A DNA stretch of 64,000 nucleotides from Macrostomum hystrix (Eukaryota; Animalia; Platyhelminthes), in the NCBI GenBank assembly GCA_950097015.1, contig CATNEN010000039.1:310001-374000 (forward strand), given 5' to 3'. Positions 61,001 to 64,000 of this stretch are shown here, one piece after another. Each line of letters starts with the position of its first letter. The first letter of the stretch is position 1. Made by a program: the position numbers and the translations under genes. The notes under the pieces are model-generated. The model saw only the letters and a program-made list of their open reading frames with translations, did no database searches and was not told the DNA's origin.

Positions 61001-63141
61001 TCAAATACCCACTGCGTAATTCACGACAGCTCCCAAACCGAATGACCGATTCCCGTGAATGTGCACCATCTAAATCCAAATTTTCCACCCTTTTCGATAA
61101 ACTAACTTCAAAGCCGTCCGAGTCAGCATCGTCAAGATATTCAGCGATTCCTGTCGGAGTCTCTGGTGACAAGGACAACTAATATTGCTCTGCATAAACC
61201 TCTTTAGCGAATCCATATTGGTTCAAAAACGAAATATAAACACATAATTGAACAATTAAACAATTTAATCAATCCAAAATAGTCAACAATGATCATAGCC
61301 GGAATGAAAACATTATGAAATTTTGTAAAAAAAAGTTTGGCTAATTTTATTACTTTTGCCACCAGACACCCCGACCAGAATTGTTGAATATCTCGGTGAT
61401 GCCGATGTTTTGTGAGTTTGGAATTTGTCTCATCGGATAAAGCAGAAAATTTTAGCCCGTGTTCTGGATTTTAATAGCGAAATATTTTGGGAGATACAGA
61501 GATACAGAAAAATGTGGGTATTTGAAATGCCCCCCGTGGTATTTCTACTGCTAACTGATCTATTTCACAAGGCTATTTTCCTATTTACTATGAAGAGTGA
61601 TTGAAGTTAAAAAGGTGAGGCGACGGGACAGCAGGACTGAGACTGGGCTGTTTAGCAAGCTATGCGCTTCAAGGCAGTTAGTGGAAAAGCAGTGACTTAA
61701 GCACTCATCATGATCTGCACGGCAGAACAAATGAATTATCGTTAAAAGGCCGCCTGCGACCCATACATTCTGTCTCGCGGCGGACTGCAGTTTGCGCTCA
61801 GCAGCCATGCGGCTCCTGCCAAGCGCTGCCTGCATGGCAACTGTGCGCTGTACCACAGAAAAGCAATACCGAACTGGAGTTAATGACAGCAAGATTCTTT
61901 ACAGAGTACTAGAAGTAGCGGATAATTGTGATTTACAAAGTTCCCAATGACCCGGGCAGGCTGACAAACGCATCCTCGCCGAGCTGCTGGCTGAGGCTGG
62001 GCACCTCGCTCTCCACTGTGCTATGCCTGTCAGCTGGCGCAGCTAGTAGGCTGCGCTTTCTGCGCCGCAGGTGTGCCGGAAGCGGCATTGGCGCGCTCTC
62101 GGGTGCGCCGGCGTCATCTTCCTCTCTGGCCATTGTTGGCAAGCTGCATGTGAGTCGAGGTGCACAACTTCTAACCGCTTCTGCCAACTTTTGAGCACCC
62201 ACAAATTTAAGGTAGGTGCTGGAACACTCGGTATAGAGCGGAAATTTTGCTAGAACAAGGCTATTGTAAGCGCATTCAAATTGCTTTCAAATTGGATTGC
62301 CTTTGACAGCAGGGAGTTCAATGGAAGCGAAAATAGAACATTTAATGCTGGAATCTAGCTCGAAGAAAGGATAGTGCGTTGCAATGCTCAGTGGAAAATG
62401 ACAAATTCAAAAGATGCAGAAATAATCGACAAATGGAATACTCCGACTCACTTAGCTAGGTCATCGAATAGGCTGGGTGTGCTGATGGAGCGCGAAGATG
62501 CTGCTAGTTGCTGCTGCTGCTGCTGCTGGAGTTGCTGTTGCTGCCCTGCCCGCGCCTCCTCAGATGGAAAATCATATATTAATCCAGAATTCATCATAGA
62601 CTGGCTCATAGAATGAGTCATGGAGTGATTCAAAGCCTGGCTCATGCACGCATGACTCATGGACTGGCTCATGGAGTGGCTCATGCTCATTTCACCGGTG
62701 GGGCCTAGCACTAGTGAGTCGGTCTCAGCAAATTGCCCTCTGCCACGGCTGGCGACGTCTGCTCGGAAGTCGGTGGCAGAAGCGACTACGTCCTCGGCCG
62801 TGTCGAACAGGAGGTCGTCGATCGAGCGACCAATCTCAGTTTGCGCACATGCAGTTTCCTTCAGCGCCACTGCTCCCTGCTTTGGGTGAATCAAAGTTGC
62901 TGTTTATTTAATGTAATCAATCTCAAGTAAAATAGATTGATTACTGTCAATTAATTTCTGTCAACGAACAGGAGGAAGTTTGGTCGTGGGATGTGAATGG
63001 CAAATCAACAGATCGATATATTATAGCGAAGTTACGATGAGACTTGAATCCCAATCTGAATGTGAATAAGCTTGTCTTAATGCCTAGTCATTACCTCAGA
63101 TGCTGGATCCTGCGTCTGTGGACTCCGCAACAAATAGTTCT
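43057..63141 (-). CDS. Rho guanine nucleotide exchange factor, Lbc/ARHGEF18/ARHGEF2/AKAP13-like (C1-DH-PH-coiled coil); 5' end outside the window
   Basis: Well-supported exons: 63141-63095, 62880-62452, ~62143-61966, 60303-60039 joined to 58122-~57818 (together forming the C1 domain HNWSVAATGKCAVC...CQVCHLTVHNAEACRFQIVSC), ~56904-56765, 48421-47698 (DH: FIYELVSTEVSH), 47618-47046 (LTQRLSKY, PH), 46890-46309, 45704-45645, 44888-44577, 43761-43062/43057 (coiled coil). Small exons at 49-51 kb and the last exon are uncertain. Confidence 0.85.
43802..44527. repeat. 48 bp minisatellite, RhoGEF intron
   Basis: Unit CTACAGACTCCTRAGGACACCCAGAAATAGGTGACCCACTAGTTTAAT, about 15 copies. Confidence 0.97.
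44930..45143. repeat. 31 bp minisatellite
   Basis: Unit CTGACAGATGACTGCAGTGCCATCCTGCCTG, about 7 copies. Confidence 0.95.
45800..45967. repeat. 25 bp minisatellite
   Basis: Unit CWGTACACTGGAACAGTGATGGGAT, about 6.5 copies. Confidence 0.95.
49815..51028. repeat. 36 bp minisatellite
   Basis: Unit TTGATCTGCCTCTTATTACCCCATCCTTTGCAGCCT, about 33 copies. Confidence 0.97.
51697..52221. repeat. 18/22 bp minisatellite
   Basis: Unit GATATCACTCACCCACTGAATA. Confidence 0.95.
52957..53634. repeat. 52 bp minisatellite inside the P/hAT-like element
   Basis: Unit CAAGACCTACAAGATTTACTTCGCTAAATAATGAAGATKCATTATGTAGTAA, about 13 copies. Confidence 0.97.
53845..54141 (+). mobile_element. tRNA-derived CORE-like SINE
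   Basis: A box TAGCCTAGTGG (53861), B box GGTTCGATTCC (53905), a MIR-CORE-like tract GTCCTTTAGCAAGACACTTAAC...CTTCAGTT...CTGTTAAATGGG, and a 9 bp TSD TTCCAATCA (53836-53844, 54142-54150). Confidence 0.85.
54281..54750. repeat. 44 bp minisatellite
   Basis: Unit GAGGGAACAACCCAGAACTGGGAGCATGGGTTCCACTGATACCT; its first copy (52231-52255) is separated by the transposon insertion. Confidence 0.95.
55556..56386. repeat. 22 bp minisatellite with an internal inverted repeat (GAATC-CC-GATTC)
   Basis: Unit GCCGAATCCCGATTCACACAAT. Confidence 0.96.
56384..56791. repeat. 54 bp minisatellite spanning a RhoGEF splice donor
   Basis: Minus-strand unit CCAAACTCTGMCCAGGAACTTCTCCAA|GTGAGTCCGGTTTGTGTGTGGCTGTGT, about 7.5 copies. 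Confidence 0.96.
58270..59482 (+). mobile_element. Internally deleted mariner-like element with ~205 bp inverted repeats
   Basis: TA flanks; arms 58270-58475 and 59279-59482; ORF 58778-59203 encodes the mariner N-terminal HTH region through WVPRLLT (WVPHEL-like) but no catalytic domain. Confidence 0.88.
59616..60056. repeat. 30-36 bp minisatellite spanning the donor that splits the RhoGEF C1 domain
   Basis: Minus-strand unit CTGCTGCTCTGCCAGG|GTGAGTCCCGCTAACATGCC, about 12 copies. Confidence 0.95.
60757..61550 (+). mobile_element. CAGTAGAAAG/TTAA MITE copy with its left end triplicated (96-98 bp unit, 60753-61034)
   Basis: TTAA|CAGTAGAAAG ... ATTTCTACTG|CTAA; co-linear with 22594-23297. Confidence 0.8.
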
Positions 63142-63245
63142 CTGAAACGTAGGAATTGATACTTTATTAACCTGCTGATAAACATCTCAAGATCCCAACA
63201 TTACATGGTGCGAAATCAGGCAGCTCAATACCACTGTGATCACAC

Positions 63246-64000
63246 TCTGCACTCTCATCCCCAAATCTGCACTCTCATCCCCAAATCTGCACTCTCATCC
63301 CCAAATCTGCACTCTCATCCTCAAATCTGCACTCTCATCCCCAAATCTGCACTCTCATCCCCAAATCTGCACTCTCATCCTCAAATCTGCACTCTCATCC
63401 CCAAATCTGCACTCTCATCCCCAAATCTGCACTCTCATCCCCAAATCTGCACTCTCATCCCCAAATCTGCTCTCTCATCCTCAAATCTGCACTCTCATCC
63501 CCAAATCTGCACTCTCATCCCCAAATCTGCACTCTCATCCCCAAATCTGCTCTCTCATCCCCAAATCTGCTCTCTCATCCTCAAATCTGCTCTCTCATCC
63601 TCAAATCTGCACTCTCATCCTCAAATCTGCTCTCTCATCCCCAAATCTGCACTCTCATCCCCAAATCTGCTCTCTCATCCTCAAATCTGCTCTCTCATCC
63701 TCAAATCTGCACTCTCATCCTCAAATCTGCACTCTCATCCCCAAATCTGCTCTCTCATCCTCAAATCTGCTCTCTCATCCTCAAATCTGCACTCTCATCC
63801 TCAAATCTGCACTCTCATCCCCAAATCTGCACTCTCATCCCCAAATCTGCACTCTCATCCCCAAATCTGCACTCTCATCCCCAAATCTGCGCTCTCATCC
63901 CCAAATCTGCACTCTCATCCCCAAATCTGCACTCTCATCCCCAAATCTGCACTCTCATCCTCAAATCTGCACTCTCATCCTCAAATCTGCACTCTCATCC
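63246..64000. repeat. 20 bp minisatellite running off the window end
   Basis: Unit TCTGCACTCTCATCCCCAAA. Confidence 0.97.

Overview
Eukaryotic (metazoan) genomic DNA with GC-rich exons, GT-AG introns and a very high density of unrelated minisatellites. This style resembles a flatworm such as Macrostomum, but that is inference only. Four spliced genes can be reconstructed by hand: a miRNA-class Argonaute (minus strand, 278-5494, start unresolved), TIM50 (plus, 12414-15541), glycogen debranching enzyme AGL (plus, 16954-33088, 11 exons) and a C1-DH-PH-coiled-coil Lbc/ARHGEF18-type RhoGEF (minus, about 43.0 kb to beyond the window end). Most long introns carry their own tandem repeat, and the giant ORFs in the ORF track are artefacts of these arrays. 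Between AGL and the RhoGEF is a transposon nest: a Harbinger-like MITE holding a tRNA-SINE, and a TTAA-flanked MITE whose internal 91-92 bp satellite was invaded by a young Mag-type Ty3/gypsy element and by a 755 bp ORF-less split-direct-repeat element that left no target-site duplication (TSD). The most striking patterns are three. (1) Several intronic minisatellites are built from the exon-intron junction itself and form arrays of decoy 5' splice sites; in the largest, variation clusters on the donor bases. (2) There is a miniature Ngaro/PAT-like element with A-B-A-B repeats. (3) TIM50 and AGL are tightly spaced in a way compatible with an SL trans-spliced operon.
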